In this document: positions 14,030 to 26,755 of the stretch, piece after piece | Layout of the letters: each line of letters opens with the position of its first letter | Position numbering within the stretch: the stretch's first letter is position 1 | NCBI RefSeq assembly: GCF_964194025.1 | Contig: NC_134468.1 | Location: 29,760,001-29,824,000 of the forward strand | Length of the DNA: 64,000 nt | Direction of reading: 5' to 3' | From: Convolutriloba macropyga | Lineage: Eukaryota | Translations under genes and position numbers: made by a program | The notes under the pieces: model-generated | What the model was told of the DNA's origin: nothing | Seen by the model: the letters and a program-made list of their open reading frames with translations, nothing else | Databases searched by the model: none

Positions 14030-15380
14030 AGTAGTATAGAGTCCTACAGTGCACGCAACGGGGAGGGGGACATTTGTGTAACCCAGGGTTTGCAACGGGG
14101 GGGGGACACAAACAAATTTTTCAAAATTTACCTTGGCGTCTTGGCAACAGCGGTGCAAGACGCCAAAAAATAGCAAAATTTTGAAAATTTCTATGTGTCC
14201 CCCCCGTTACAAACCCTGGCTTACACAAATGTCCCCCCGCGTTGGTACATTTTTGGTAAATTTTTGTCAGTTTTCGACGTTTTTGATGGGTATGGTTTCT
14301 TTTGGATGTTATTTGGGAAGTAGCACCTCTGTTTTAGTGGTTGTCATTTTGTAATCAGCCAAGGTGAGCCTCATCAGTGAAAAAACAAATTGCAAAATCA
14401 AAAATTTCGAAGTTTTAAAATCGCTTGAAATGAATTTTCGCTGGGTTTCAGGTCTCAAAAACGATTTTTTGTTGACCTCATCTTGACTGGTGAGCCTCAT
14501 CACCGAAAAAAACTTAAAAAAAATTTCGGAAAAAATTAAAATTTTTGAAGTACTAAAATTTTGTGAATTACATTTTGCGCTGGGCGTTAGGAGTCAAAAA
14601 AGATTTTTCTTGACCTCATCTTGCCTGGTGAGCCTCATCATCGAAGAAAGCGGTAAAAAAATTTAGTGGAAAAATTGAAAACTTTGAAGTGATAAAATTG
14701 AGCGTAATGAATTTTGCACCGGGTTTCAGGTCTGAAAATATACTTTTGTAGACATCATTTTACCTAGTATTAAATTTATATAAAATGTTTTATCATCAAA
14801 CATTGTCATCAATCACGGCTTACCAACTAGTTGAAAAAAAATTTTTTCAGCTTTCGTGATATTCTTTATCTGTGTTGCTATCAGTCAGTCGCTCATATCA
14901 TCTTTTAACCTTTTGTTTGATCATGCATGAGAGCGAAATATGGTAACATATAAGGAGGTGAGTGGTTGTTGCTGTGCTGGTGTTAGAACTACCTGACTCA
15001 GTAATCTATTTTTAGAGTTGAATATATACTTTGATAAACAATTATAGTCACTGCCGAGAGTCATTTTACACGAGTCATTGCACGACCAATAGAATTAGAG
15101 TGTCAATGATTTATTTCTGAATAAGTTTACATTTTCAACAGTCTGCATTGGGTTGTTTTGTTATTATAGTTTAACACAGTACTTGTATAGCAAAAAAGCA
15201 GATTTATACGAATTTGTTTGAAATTCAGTTAGAGTTTGCCTTGTAAACAAACTATGTCAGTGGTTGGCGATTGTTCCTTTTGTGACTTTTTTCACGGTAT
15301 TACCTGTACAGGAAAACGTTACGCAGTGGCCTGTGTAAAATTCTACGACTCTACTGCAACATACATAACGATAAAACTTT
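14030..15380 (+). repeat. Left terminal region/TIR of the Maverick, with sub-terminal hairpin and GGTGAGCCTCATCA repeats
   Basis: Reverse complement matches the right end (~32250-33394) with substitutions; hairpin at 14065-14237; GGTGAGCCTCATCA at ~14363, 14489 and 14627. Confidence 0.85.
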
Positions 15381-15385
15381 TCAAA

Positions 15386-16400
15386 ATGGATAAATTCCGT
15401 GATTAACTCCAAGACAACAAAAACAAATTTTAAAGTGATGGTTTCAAGTTCAACCAGAGAATTATTACATCTTCAGCTGAATTTGAACATTAAACTCAAA
15501 GCTACAATTCACTCTGTGAAAAGCTAAAGATTGATTGGACAATCAGAAGAATCTATCAAGAAAGAACGCAATAATAAAACTGGAACAAAACGACGTTAAC
15601 ATCTGGTGTTCTCATCGGTGACGAATAGCGTTCAATCAACTCAGTTTGCTGATGGAACAAAGAAGAAAATGAAGAAAAGTTCTGAGAGCGATACATCGTA
15701 TCTGTAACGGTTGAGTTTAAGTTTGAACGAACACCTGAGTTTCAAAACAAATTTCAAAACAACTTTCGGCAGTTTCAAAACAAATTTCTCTATTTAATCT
15801 GCAGAAGTGAGCCAACATTTGATAATAAATGAGTCAACAACAGTTTTGCTCACAGTTTGCATGAGAATGACAATTTTTGTAGAAGAAAAGAACAATATTA
15901 TCATGTTATTGCAGCTTTGGATCACGTAACAGAGGCTTCAATGAAAAATTCTACAAAACCCCATTAAATTCCTTGCCTATACACAGGCTTCAGACTCCTA
16001 CTCCACACAACACAATCTGTCAACATCACTCTTCACGGTGAAATTTTCGAGAAACTGGAGCAAGCAGTCATTAATAATCACCAACATCAGCTAGATTTAT
16101 ATAGCTCCAAAATAAGATTTCCAAATATCGTTGAACTGTAGACTGTAAAGAAAATGATAATGTTCAAACTAATTCATAACAGATTGTGCTTTTAACTGAT
16201 TTTTATGCGTTTATCAGAACATTTTTACTTTAAAAAAATTGTTATTATTGACAGTGGATATAGCTCCTTGAATGTTGATAATGAGAATGTTAAAATTAAC
16301 TTCCGAATTGAATTTAAAAAATTATTCCCATTTCAACAAAATCCGAGCCATCTAGCTTCAATGGAAAAATGCTACTAATTTATCCAACCAATTGATACTA
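15386..16400 (+). pseudogene. Degenerate Maverick accessory ORF(s) of unknown function, convergent on the capsid block
   Basis: ATG-initiated, stop-interrupted coding-like tracts (MDKFRD..., MSQQQFCSQF...YYHVIAALD...), also present in the diverged arm at ~28070-29100. Confidence 0.4.
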
Positions 16401-16479
16401 AAAAAATCAATCGATTGATTTGTCGTACAACATATGCTTAGAAAATCGTAGTAAATCATCATTTATTGCAATTGTAATA

Positions 16480-17774
16480 ACAGGATATGTAATAATCGAG
16501 TTCATTGTAAGTTTTTGTTTAGAGTTGACGTAAAAAGTGGAACATTGATCTCCTAGGAATAAAAGTTCAACGTTGTCACCTAAAGGTGTTGCAAAAGTGA
16601 GCTCCACTGAAATTGAACAATTTGTTAATTCACGATGAAGGAAATCGCATGAAGTTTCCTGTCTTTAATTAAGGTCGAAGGTCAAAAGAAAAGATTTGGA
16701 TAATGGGCTAGGGGAATGCCATGACCACCTTTATCAAGAAAATCTAGAGCTTCCAGCGTGTTGATGTAGACACGTTGATCTGAATTGTTGTAACAAGCGT
16801 TCCAACAACCAGTAGTCCAATTCAATAAATCACTTTCATTCAAAATTGAATTCTATCAATGGAAAAGTTTCGTTCCCAAAATCGACTGATTTGTTGACAA
16901 TGCAATAATCATTCTCCGAACGGGTTCTTTCAAGAAGATATCCTCTTGACTTCAACTGCGGATGCCAGTTGTCGCAAGAAAAATTCTGGACAACACCCTT
17001 GTGTACCGATAGACAGCTGGTGTTTTACGCAAAGTTTTTTCAATCTCAGACAACACATTAACAGCCACGGTCATTTTGCGCACGTAAAGATTTTCCTCAA
17101 CAACTTTTACTCTGTAATAATTATTAGATTCGGATATGAGATTAAAATCGTTTGGAGACCTGCTCGAGTAGATGCGTAGGGTAAAACCACAGATAAGATG
17201 TTTGTCACAGGTCAATATACCACTGGGCGGTTTTCCAAGGAGAAAACATTCCAGAGTGGGCAACTAATGTTTTTCGTGCAGCAACATCAGTAGCTAAGTT
17301 GTCAACTCCATCAATTTTAGCCGGTTCGACTTCATAATAATAGCCTTGACAAACTAACCAAGTGTTCTTGGCTGTTCTTTCGGAAAACTCTGTTTGTATG
17401 AAAGCTTTGTGTTCGTAGTTGCCGTTTGTATTTGGCAATTTAACGCCATTTGCCGAGACTGTACACTCTGAAAACAGAGTGCAGTGTGTTACTACACAAA
17501 TACGGCAAATCTGTGTGTGCTGCATCAGAAACAGTTCTCAAATCGGAATCATTGGTTCTCGTAATTTTGAAATTGATTTCAAGCAGAAAATTTTGCAAAT
17601 CATTGAAATTGTTCCTGTCGCCAACAACTTCGAATTCGAGCATTGGACCATGCGTTGAATATGATGGACCAACTTTTTGTGTAAAAGCATTGTCAAAGGT
17701 GATAAGGAGAGGCTGCTTTTCGAACAGGTATGAGTGGTGTGTGTTGCCTCTGCTAGCAATACGTTAGTATTCAT
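16480..17774 (-). pseudogene. Maverick major capsid protein (double jelly-roll/hexon-like), copy A1, frameshifted
   Basis: Motifs GPMLEFEVVGDRNNFNDLQNFLLEINFKI, NTLHS, NGNYEHKAFIQTEF...AKNTWLVCQGYY, ELTFATPLGDNVELLFLGD match the Maverick MCP pattern across several frames. Confidence 0.8.
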
Positions 17775-18187
17775 TTTTTCACTTTGGAAAAAAAATCTGA
17801 CTGACTTCTTGGTAACGGTTGTTTTCTCTGAATGGACTTTCACGATTTGATAAGATCGTTCAGTTTCTGATTTTTTATGAATTTTGCCACAACGAACACC
17901 TCCAATTTGAGCTTTTGAGCCGCCAACTTTTTTATTTAACCTTTCTCGAACTGTTGATTTGAGAGATTCTTTAGGACTCTTTCTTTGGTGACAACTTCAA
18001 CAATCTCTGGTGCCAGCTGTAAAAACATTTCTCTTCCAAATCTTTTATCAGGCCACTAATACTTTTTAGCTACCGGCATGGCCCCTCTACCCATCCCAGC
18101 TGCTAAAGCCCCGAACCCACTACCTCGTTCAGGATAGTGTGCTGCAAATTAGGGTGAAACTGATTGTTGTTGATAGTGCGCTTCCAT
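17771..18187 (-). pseudogene. Small Gly/basic-rich Maverick core-like protein, copy A1
   Basis: MEAHYQQQ...RGSGFGALAAGMGRGAMPVAKK...RSQSDFFSKVKK; lies between the minor and major capsid genes with abutting or overlapping start/stop codons. Confidence 0.6.
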
Positions 18188-19042
18188 TTAATTAAATTTA
18201 CTCAAATTTAAAGTCAGAATAATTTTTCCTGTTCCCTTAAATGAAACAAATTTGCCAGTTTCGGTTCCGAACTGAACCTCAATACACTGAAAAAAGTTTG
18301 ACAACATTTTCTTTTATTCCAAATTGCTAAAAAATTATTATATGCATAGGTTCAATATCACAAAGATTACCATTTTTCAGGCGTTGTTTTGAATCAATGA
18401 CCCGAATCAGCGGAGTTTTTGTGTCTCCAATGTGTTGATACTTAATATGTTGCTGTATACAAGTATCAAGTGTTTTCCTGCAAGCAGAACAAAAGGGCAA
18501 TCAGTGACAAAAGCATTCGCTTTTGCGTCACTCATTTCCATATTGTCAAAAAATCTATGATTTTATAACCAATATGAGTGTCAGGGCCAACTTAGATTCC
18601 TCCAAAGACCAGGATAATTGGTATTTTTTTGTCAGGAAATGTAATTCCTTAATCTTTGCCAAAGAGCAAGACCAAAACGCCTGTGATTTTATTCTAATGA
18701 TGACTGAATTTAGTTAGACTGTCTTGATGGCTTCTATCAGGTGTTCAGAGTTCCCATAGCTTCCAGCCTTGATCACGACTGTCTCCCCTTAGTATGTTTA
18801 CGAGACAGCACCAGATGGATTACTACTCTGTTGGTTTTTTGATCATCAGAGGAATACTTTCTGATTCGAGTGCTATTAACCAGATTGATTCTGGATGAGA
18901 ACATAATTCCACTGGAAGCTACTCTCCAATCACCTTCCAGGCTGATTTCTTCATTAAAAACGTTTTTGAAGATAGCCAATGTATTCTCTGGGAAGATGCT
19001 CATGGAAGCTGACAAAACTAAATGTATGGTAAACTCATTCAT
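18188..19042 (-). pseudogene. Maverick minor capsid protein (penton-like), copy A1
   Basis: N-terminus MNEFTIHLVLSASMSIFPENTLAIFKNVFNEEISLEGDWRVA; C-terminus DTKTPLIRVID...IEVQFGTETGKFVSFKGTGKIILTL. Confidence 0.75.
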
Positions 19043-19074
19043 GTTTTGTGAACGCTCTACTATTGTCAGCAACT

Positions 19075-19628
19075 TTCAATATTTCCAACTGATAGAATTT
19101 ACCCCTGATTGGATCCTGATTCGAATCAATTAGGCTCTATGTTGGAGGGTTTATTGTTGGAATATTATAAACTTCAAACACTTCGTTGGTAAATAGCTGT
19201 TTAAAATATTTCGGAAGTGTAAATCAATTTCTGATATTCTAACAAAATCACCAATTCGAAACTTTGGTCGACTAATCAATTTCTCGGACGCAATTTATTG
19301 ATAAGAGATAAGGAACGTCCCTTTTGGTGACTTTGTTTGGAGCAATTTCTGTAACACAAATTATGCATGAGTTTGTTGTTTGCACAAAGTTTTTCAACTG
19401 AAAGATTCATGATTTAGTCCATTTTTCTTCCAGATACTTGAAAATAATCTTCTTTAAAGAACGGATGTTCCTTTCAACAAAAGTAGACTTCTTTTTGGCG
19501 AAAGTTTGATAAGTTTCAAAGTTTCTCTTTTGGCCAAGTATTTTGAAAGGTCCCTTAAACTCTGTTCCATCGTCCACTCAAACTTTTTCAGCTGTTTATG
19601 CTTAATCATTTGTTTGAAGGCTTCAGCA
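19075..19628 (-). pseudogene. Maverick retroviral-like (rve) integrase, C-terminal part, copy A1
   Basis: AEAFKQMIKHKQ...VDDGTEFKG, VERNIRSLKKIIFKYL, PKFRIGDFVRIS; 5'-truncated at a junction with a TIR copy. Confidence 0.8.
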
Positions 19629-22600
19629 CGCAACGGGGAGGGGGACATTTGTGTAACCCAGGGTTTGCAACGGGGGGGGACACAAACAAATTTTTCAAAA
19701 TTTATCTTGGCGTCTTGGCAACAGCGGTGCAAGACGCCAAAAAATAGCAAAATTTTGAAAATTTCTATGTGTCCCCCCCGTTACAAACCCTGGCTTACAC
19801 AAATGTCCCCCCGCGTTGGTACATTTTTGGTAAATTTTTGTCAGTTTTCGACGTTTTTGATGGGTATGTTTCTTTTGGATGTTATTTGGGAAGTAGCACC
19901 TCTGTTTTAGTGGTTGTCATTTTGTAATCAGCCAAGGTGAGCCTCATCAGTGAAAAAACAAATTGCAAAATCAAAAATTTCGAAGTTTTAAAATCGCTTG
20001 AAATGAATTTTCGCTGGGTTTCAGGTCTCAAAAACGATTTTTTGTTGACCTCATCTTGACTGGTGAGCCTCATCACCGAAAAAAACTTAAAAAAAATTTC
20101 GGAAAAAATTAAAATTTTTGAAGTACTAAAATTTTGTGAATTACATTTTGCGCTGGGCGTTAGGAGTCAAAAAAGATTTTTCTTGACCTCATCTTGCCTG
20201 GTGAGCCTCATCATCGAAGAAAGCGGTAAAAAAATTTAGTGGAAAAATTGAAAACTTTGAAGTGATAAAATTGAGCGTAATGAATTTTGCACCGGGTTTC
20301 AGGTCTGAAAATATACTTTTGTAGACATCATTTTACCTAGTATTAAATTTATATAAAATGTTTTATCATCAAACATTGTCATCAATCACGGCTTACCAAC
20401 TAGTTGAAAAAAAATTTTTTCAGCTTTCGTGATATTCTTTATCTGTGTTGCTATCAGTCAGTCGCTCATATCATCTTTTAACCTTTTGTTTGATCATGCA
20501 TGAGAGCGAAATATGGTAACATATAAGGAGGTGAGTGGTTGTTGCTGTGCTGGTGTTAGAACTACCTGACTCAGTAATCTATTTTTAGAGTTGAATATAT
20601 ACTTTGATAAACAATTATAGTCACTGCCGAGAGTCATTTTACACGAGTCATTGCACGACCAATAGAATTAGAGTGTCAATGATTTATTTCTGAATAAGTT
20701 TACATTTTCAACAGTCTGCATTGGGTTGTTTTGTTATTATAGTTTAACACAGTACTTGTATAGCAAAAAAGCAGATTTATACGAATTTGTTTGAAATTCA
20801 GTTAGAGTTTGCCTTGTAAACAAACTATGTCAGTGGTTGGCGATTGTTCCTTTTGTGACTTTTTTCACGGTATTACCTGTACAGGAAAACGTTACGCAGT
20901 GGCCTGTGTAAAATTCTACGACTCTACTGCAACATACATAACGATAAAACTTTTCAAAATGGATAAATTCCGTGATTAACTCCAAGACAACAAAAACAAA
21001 TTTTAAAGTGATGGTTTCAAGTTCAACCAGAGAATTATTACATCTTCAGCTGAATTTGAACATTAAACTCAAAGCTACAATTCACTCTGTGAAAAGCTAA
21101 AGATTGATTGGACAATCAGAAGAATCTATCAAGAAAGAACGCAATAATAAAACTGGAACAAAACGACGTTAACATCTGGTGTTCTCATCGGTGACGAATA
21201 GCGTTCAATCAACTCAGTTTGCTGATGGAACAAAGAAGAAAATGAAGAAAAGTTCTGAGAGCGATACATCGTATCTGTAACGGTTGAGTTTAAGTTTGAA
21301 CGAACACCTGAGTTTCAAAACAAATTTCAAAACAACTTTCGGCAGTTTCAAAACAAATTTCTCTATTTAATCTGCAGAAGTGAGCCAACATTTGATACTA
21401 AATGAGTCAACAACAGTTTTGCTCACAGTTTGCATGAGAATGACAATTTTTGTAGAAGAAAAGAACAATATTATCATGTTATTGCAGCTTTGGATCACGT
21501 AACAGAGGCTTCAATGAAAAATTCTACAAAACCCCATTAAATTCCTTGCCTATACACAGGCTTCAGACTCCTACTCCACACAACACAATCTGTCAACATC
21601 ACTCTTCACGGTGAAATTTTCGAGAAACTGGAGCAAGCAGTCATTAATAATCACCAACATCAGCTAGATTTATATAGCTCCAAAATAAGATTTCCAAATA
21701 TCGTTGAACTGTAGACTGTAAAGAAAATGATAATGTTCAAACTAATTCATAACAGATTGTGCTTTTAACTGATTTTTATGCGTTTATCAGAACATTTTTA
21801 CTTTAAAAAAATTGTTATTATTGACAGTGGATATAGCTCCTTGAATGTTGATAATGAGAATGTTAAAATTAACTTCCGAATTGAATTTAAAAAATTATTC
21901 CCATTTCAACAAAATCCGAGCCATCTAGCTTCAATGGAAAAATGCTACTAATTTATCCAACCAATTGATACTAAAAAAATCAATCGATTGATTTGTCGTA
22001 CAACATATGCTTAGAAAATCGTAGTAAATCATCATTTATTGCAATTGTAATAACAGGATATGTAATAATCGAGTTCATTGTAACTTTTTGTTTAGAGTTG
22101 ACGTAAAAAGTGGAACATTGATCTCCTAGGAATAAAAGTTCAACGTTGTCACCTAAAGGTGTTGCAAAAGTGAGCTCCACTGAAATTGAACAATTTGTTA
22201 ATTCACGATGAAGGAAATCGCATGAAGTTTCCTGTCTTTAATTAAGGTCGAAGGTCAAAAGAAAAGATTTGGATAATGGGCTAGGGGAATGCCATGACCA
22301 CCTTTATCAAGAAAATCTAGAGCTTCCAGCGTGTTGATGTAGACACGTTGATCTGAATTGTTGTAACAAGCGTTCCAACAACCAGTAGTCCAATTCAATA
22401 AATCACTTTCATTCAAAATTGAATTCTATCAATGGAAAAGTTTCGTTCCCAAAATCGACTGATTTGTTGACAATGCAATAATCATTCTCCGAACGGGTTC
22501 TTTCAAGAAGATATCCTCTTGACTTCAACTGCGGATGCCAGTTGTCGCAAGAAAAATTCTGGACAACACCCTTGTGTACCGATAGACAGCTGGTGTTTTA

Positions 22601-25200
22601 CGCAAAGTTTTTTCAATCTCAGACAACACATTAACAGCCACGGTCATTTTGCGCACGTAAAGATTTTCCTCAACAACTTTTACTCTGTAATAATTATTAG
22701 ATTCGGATATGAGATTAAAATCGTTTGGAGACCTGCTCGAGTAGATGCGTAGGGTAAAACCACAGATAAGATGTTTGTCACAGGTCAATATACCACTGGG
22801 CGGTTTTCCAAGGAGAAAACATTCCAGAGTGGGCAACTAATGTTTTTCGTGCAGCAACATCAGTAGCTAAGTTGTCAACTCCATCAATTTTAGCCGGTTC
22901 GACTTCATAATAATAGCCTTGACAAACTAACCAAGTGTTCTTGGCTGTTCTTTCGGAAAACTCTGTTTGTATGAAAGCTTTGTGTTCGTAGTTGCCGTTT
23001 GTATTTGGCAATTTAACGCCATTTGCCGAGACTGTACACTCTGAAAACAGAGTGCAGTGTGTTACTACACAAATACGGCAAATCTGTGTGTGCTGCATCA
23101 GAAACAGTTCTCAAATCGGAATCATTGGTTCTCGTAATTTTGAAATTGATTTCAAGCAGAAAATTTTGCAAATCATTGAAATTGTTCCTGTCGCCAACAA
23201 CTTCGAATTCGAGCATTGGACCATGCGTTGAATATGATGGACCAACTTTTTGTGTAAAAGCATTGTCAAAGGTGATAAGGAGAGGCTGCTTTTCGAACAG
23301 GTATGAGTGGTGTGTGTTGCCTCTGCTAGCAATACGTTAGTATTCATTTTTTCACTTTGGAAAAAAAATCTGACTGACTTCTTGGTAACGGTTGTTTTCT
23401 CTGAATGGACTTTCACGATTTGATAAGATCGTTCAGTTTCTGATTTTTTATGAACTTTGCCACAACGAACACCTCCAATTTGAGCTTTTGAGCCGCCAAC
23501 TTTTTTATTTAACCTTTCTCGAACTGTTGATTTGAGAGATTCTTTAGGACTCTTTCTTTGGTGACAACTTCAACAATCTCTGGTGCCAGCTGTAAAAACA
23601 TTTCTCTTCCAAATCTTTTATCAGGCCACTAATACTTTTTAGCTACCGGCATGGCCCCTCTACCCATCCCAGCTGCTAAAGCCCCGAACCCACTACCTCG
23701 TTCAGGATAGTGTGCTGCAAATTAGGGTGAAACTGATTGTTGTTGATAGTGCGCTTCCATTTAATTAAATTTACTCAAATTTAAAGTCAGAATAATTTTT
23801 CCTGTTCCGTTAAATGAAACAAATTTGCCAGTTTCGGTTCCCAACTGAACCTCAATACACTGAAAAAAGTTTGACAACATTTTCTTTTATTCCAAATTGC
23901 TAAAAAATTATTATATGCATAGGTTCAATATCACAAAGATTACCATTTTTCAGGCGTTGTTTTGAATCAATGACCCGAATCAGCGGAGTTTTTGTGTCTC
24001 CAATGTGTTGATACTTAATATGTTGCTGTATACAAGTATCAAGTGTTTTCCTGCAAGCAGAACAAAAGGGCAATCAGTGACAAAAGCATTCGCTTTTGCG
24101 TCACTCATTGCCATATTGTCAAAAAATCTATGATTTTATAACCAATATGAGTGTCAGGGCCAACTTAGATTCCTCCAAAGACCAGGATAATTGGTATTTT
24201 TTTGTCAGGAAATGTAATTCCTTAATCTTTGCCAAAGAGCAAGACCAAAACGCCTGTGATTTTATTCTAATGATGACTGAATTTAGTTAGACTGTCTTGA
24301 TGGCTTCTATCAGGTGTTCAGAGTTCCCATAGCTTCCAGCCTTGATCACGACTGTCTCCCCTTAGTATGTTTACGAGACAGCACCAGATGGATTACTACT
24401 CTGTTGGTTTTTTGATCATCAGAGGAATACTTTCTGATTCGAGTGCTATTAACCAGATTGATTCTGGATGAGAACATAATTCCACTGGAAGCTACTCTCC
24501 AATCACCTTCCAGGCTGATTTCTTCATTAAAAACGTTTTTGAAGATAGCCAATGTATTCTCTGGGAAGATGCTCATGGAAGCTGACAAAACTAAATGTAT
24601 GGTAAACTCATTCATGTTTTGTGAACGCTCTACTATTGTCAGCAACTTTCAATATTTCCAACTGATAGAATTTACCCCTGATTGGATCCTGATTCGAATC
24701 AATTAGGCTCTATGTTGGAGGGTTTATTGTTGGAATATTATAAACTTCAAACACTTCGTTGGTAAATAGCTGTTTAAAATATTTCGGAAGTGTAAATCAA
24801 TTTCTGATATTCTAACAAAATCACCAATTCGAAACTTTGGTCGACTAATCAATTTCTCGGACGCAATTTATTGATAAGAGATAAGGAACGTCCCTTTTGG
24901 TGACTTTGTTTGGAGCAATTTCTGTAACACAAATTATGCATGAGTTTGTTGTTTGCACAAAGTTTTTCAACTGAAAGATTCATGATTTAGTCCATTTTTC
25001 TTCCAGATACTTGAAAATAATCTTCTTTAAAGAACGGATGTTCCTTTCAACAAAAGTAGACTTCTTTTTGGCGAAAGTTTGATAAGTTTCAAAGTTTCTC
25101 TTTTGGCCAAGTATTTTGAAAGGTCCCTTAAACTCTGTTCCATCGTCCACTCAAACTTTTTCAGCTGTTTATGCTTAATCATTTGTTTGAAGGCTTCAGC
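19626..25200 (+). repeat. Near-identical direct duplication (A2) of 14051-19625 (offset 5573-5575 bp), including MCP, core, penton and integrase pseudogenes
   Basis: ORF track repeats at +5573 (16407 to 21980; 18773 to 24346); only about ten differences seen by eye. Confidence 0.97.
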
Positions 25201-25264
25201 TGTTGACTGTCTTTTACGCTATCTACGTGTTGAACTATTCAAAACAAAATATGCAACAACAACA
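25198..25264 (+). pseudogene. Integrase core fragment AVDCLLRYLRVELFKTKYATTT marking the fold-back centre
   Basis: Corresponds to the VIDVFSKY...PLKTK segment that precedes AEAFKQ in Maverick integrases; opposite orientation to the adjacent A2 integrase; continues logically at 26323. Confidence 0.7.
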
Positions 25265-26322
25265 AAATCATTGACACTCTAATTCTATTGGTCGTGCAAT
25301 GACTCGTGTAAAATGACTCTCGGCAGTGACTATAATTGTTTATCAAAGTATATATTCAACTCTAAAAATAGATTACTGAGTCAGGTAGTTCTAACACCAG
25401 CACAGCAACAACCACTCACCTCCTTATATGTTACCATATTTCGCTCTCATGCATGATCAAACAAAAGGTTAAAAGATGATATGAGCGACTGACTGATAGC
25501 AACACAGATAAAGAATATCACGAAAGCTGAAAAAATTTTTTTTCAACTAGTTGGTAAGCCGTGATTGATGACAATGTTTGATGATAAAACATTTTATATA
25601 AATTTAATACTAGGTAAAATGATGTCTACAAAAGTATATTTTCAGACCTGAAACCCGGTGCAAAATTCATTACGCTCAATTTTATCACTTCAAAGTTTTC
25701 AATTTTTCCACTAAATTTTTTTACCGCTTTCTTCGATGATGAGGCTCACCAGGCAAGATGAGGTCAAGAAAAATCTTTTTTGACTCCTAACGCCCAGCGC
25801 AAAATGTAATTCACAAAATTTTAGTACTTCAAAAATTTTAATTTTTTCCGAAATTTTTTTTAAGTTTTTTTCGGTGATGAGGCTCACCAGTCAAGATGAG
25901 GTCAACAAAAAATCGTTTTTGAGACCTGAAACCCAGCGAAAATTCATTTCAAGCGATTTTAAAACTTCGAAATTTTTGATTTTGCAATTTGTTTTTTCAC
26001 TGATGAGGCTCACCTTGGCTGATTACAAAATGACAACCACTAAAACAGAGGTGCTACTTCCCAAATAACATCCAAAAGAAACATACCCATCAAAAACGTC
26101 GAAAACTGACAAAAATTTACCAAAAATGTACCAACGCGGGGGGACATTTGTGTAAGCCAGGGTTTGTAACGGGGGGGACACATAGAAATTTTCAAAATTT
26201 TGCTATTTTTTGGCGTCTTGCACCGCTGTTGCCAAGACGCCAAGATAAATTTTGAAAAATTTGTTTGTGTCCCCCCCCGTTGCAAACCCTGGGTTACACA
26301 AATGTCCCCCTCCCCGTTGCGT
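25265..26322 (-). repeat. Inverted copy of the left terminal region (reverse complement of ~19626-20690)
   Basis: ORFs 19882-20076(-) and 25874-26068(+) give identical translations; the same TIR/integrase junction is reproduced at ~26320. Confidence 0.95.
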
Positions 26323-26755
26323 GCTGAAGCCTTCAAACAAATGATTAAGCACAAACAGCCGAAAAATGTTTGGGTGTTTGCTGGAACAGAGTTTAAGGGA
26401 AAACTCAAAACCAGAGGAGAAACATTGAAACTGATCAAAATTTCAGCAAAAAGAAGTTGAACTTTTTAAAGATCTTTATTTACAAGTATCTGGAAGAAAA
26501 ATGGACAAATTCATACATCTGTTGAAAAAATTTGTGCAAACAATAAACTCACACATCAACCGTTCAACAAAAGTTGCTCCGAACAAAGTCACCAAAAAAG
26601 ACGTTCCTCATCTTTTATCATTCAACGCAATTGCGTCCGAGAAATTAGTTAGGCGTCCAAAATTTCGTATTGGTGGTTTTGTTAGAATATCAGCTGACTT
26701 ACGCTTCCGAAAAGTCAAAAACAGACATTTACCAACGAAATGTTTGAAGTTCATG
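26323..26755 (+). pseudogene. Maverick integrase, diverged arm B
   Basis: AEAFKQMIKHKQPKNVWVFAGTEFKG; FVQTINSHINRSTKVAPNKVTKKDVP; RPKFRIGGFVRIS. Confidence 0.8.

Noticed and set aside
14360-14645. CTGATGAG-containing repeats as hammerhead ribozymes or a CRISPR-like array
   Set aside because: No stem II/GAAA core; the intervening sequences are related to each other rather than unique; eukaryotic TIR context with no cas genes.
19454-20076. ORFs spanning TIR hairpins and the TIR/integrase junction (also 26040-26460 and 33112-33477)
   Set aside because: Chance frames through GC-rich palindromes and chimeric junctions; only the integrase portion is real coding sequence.
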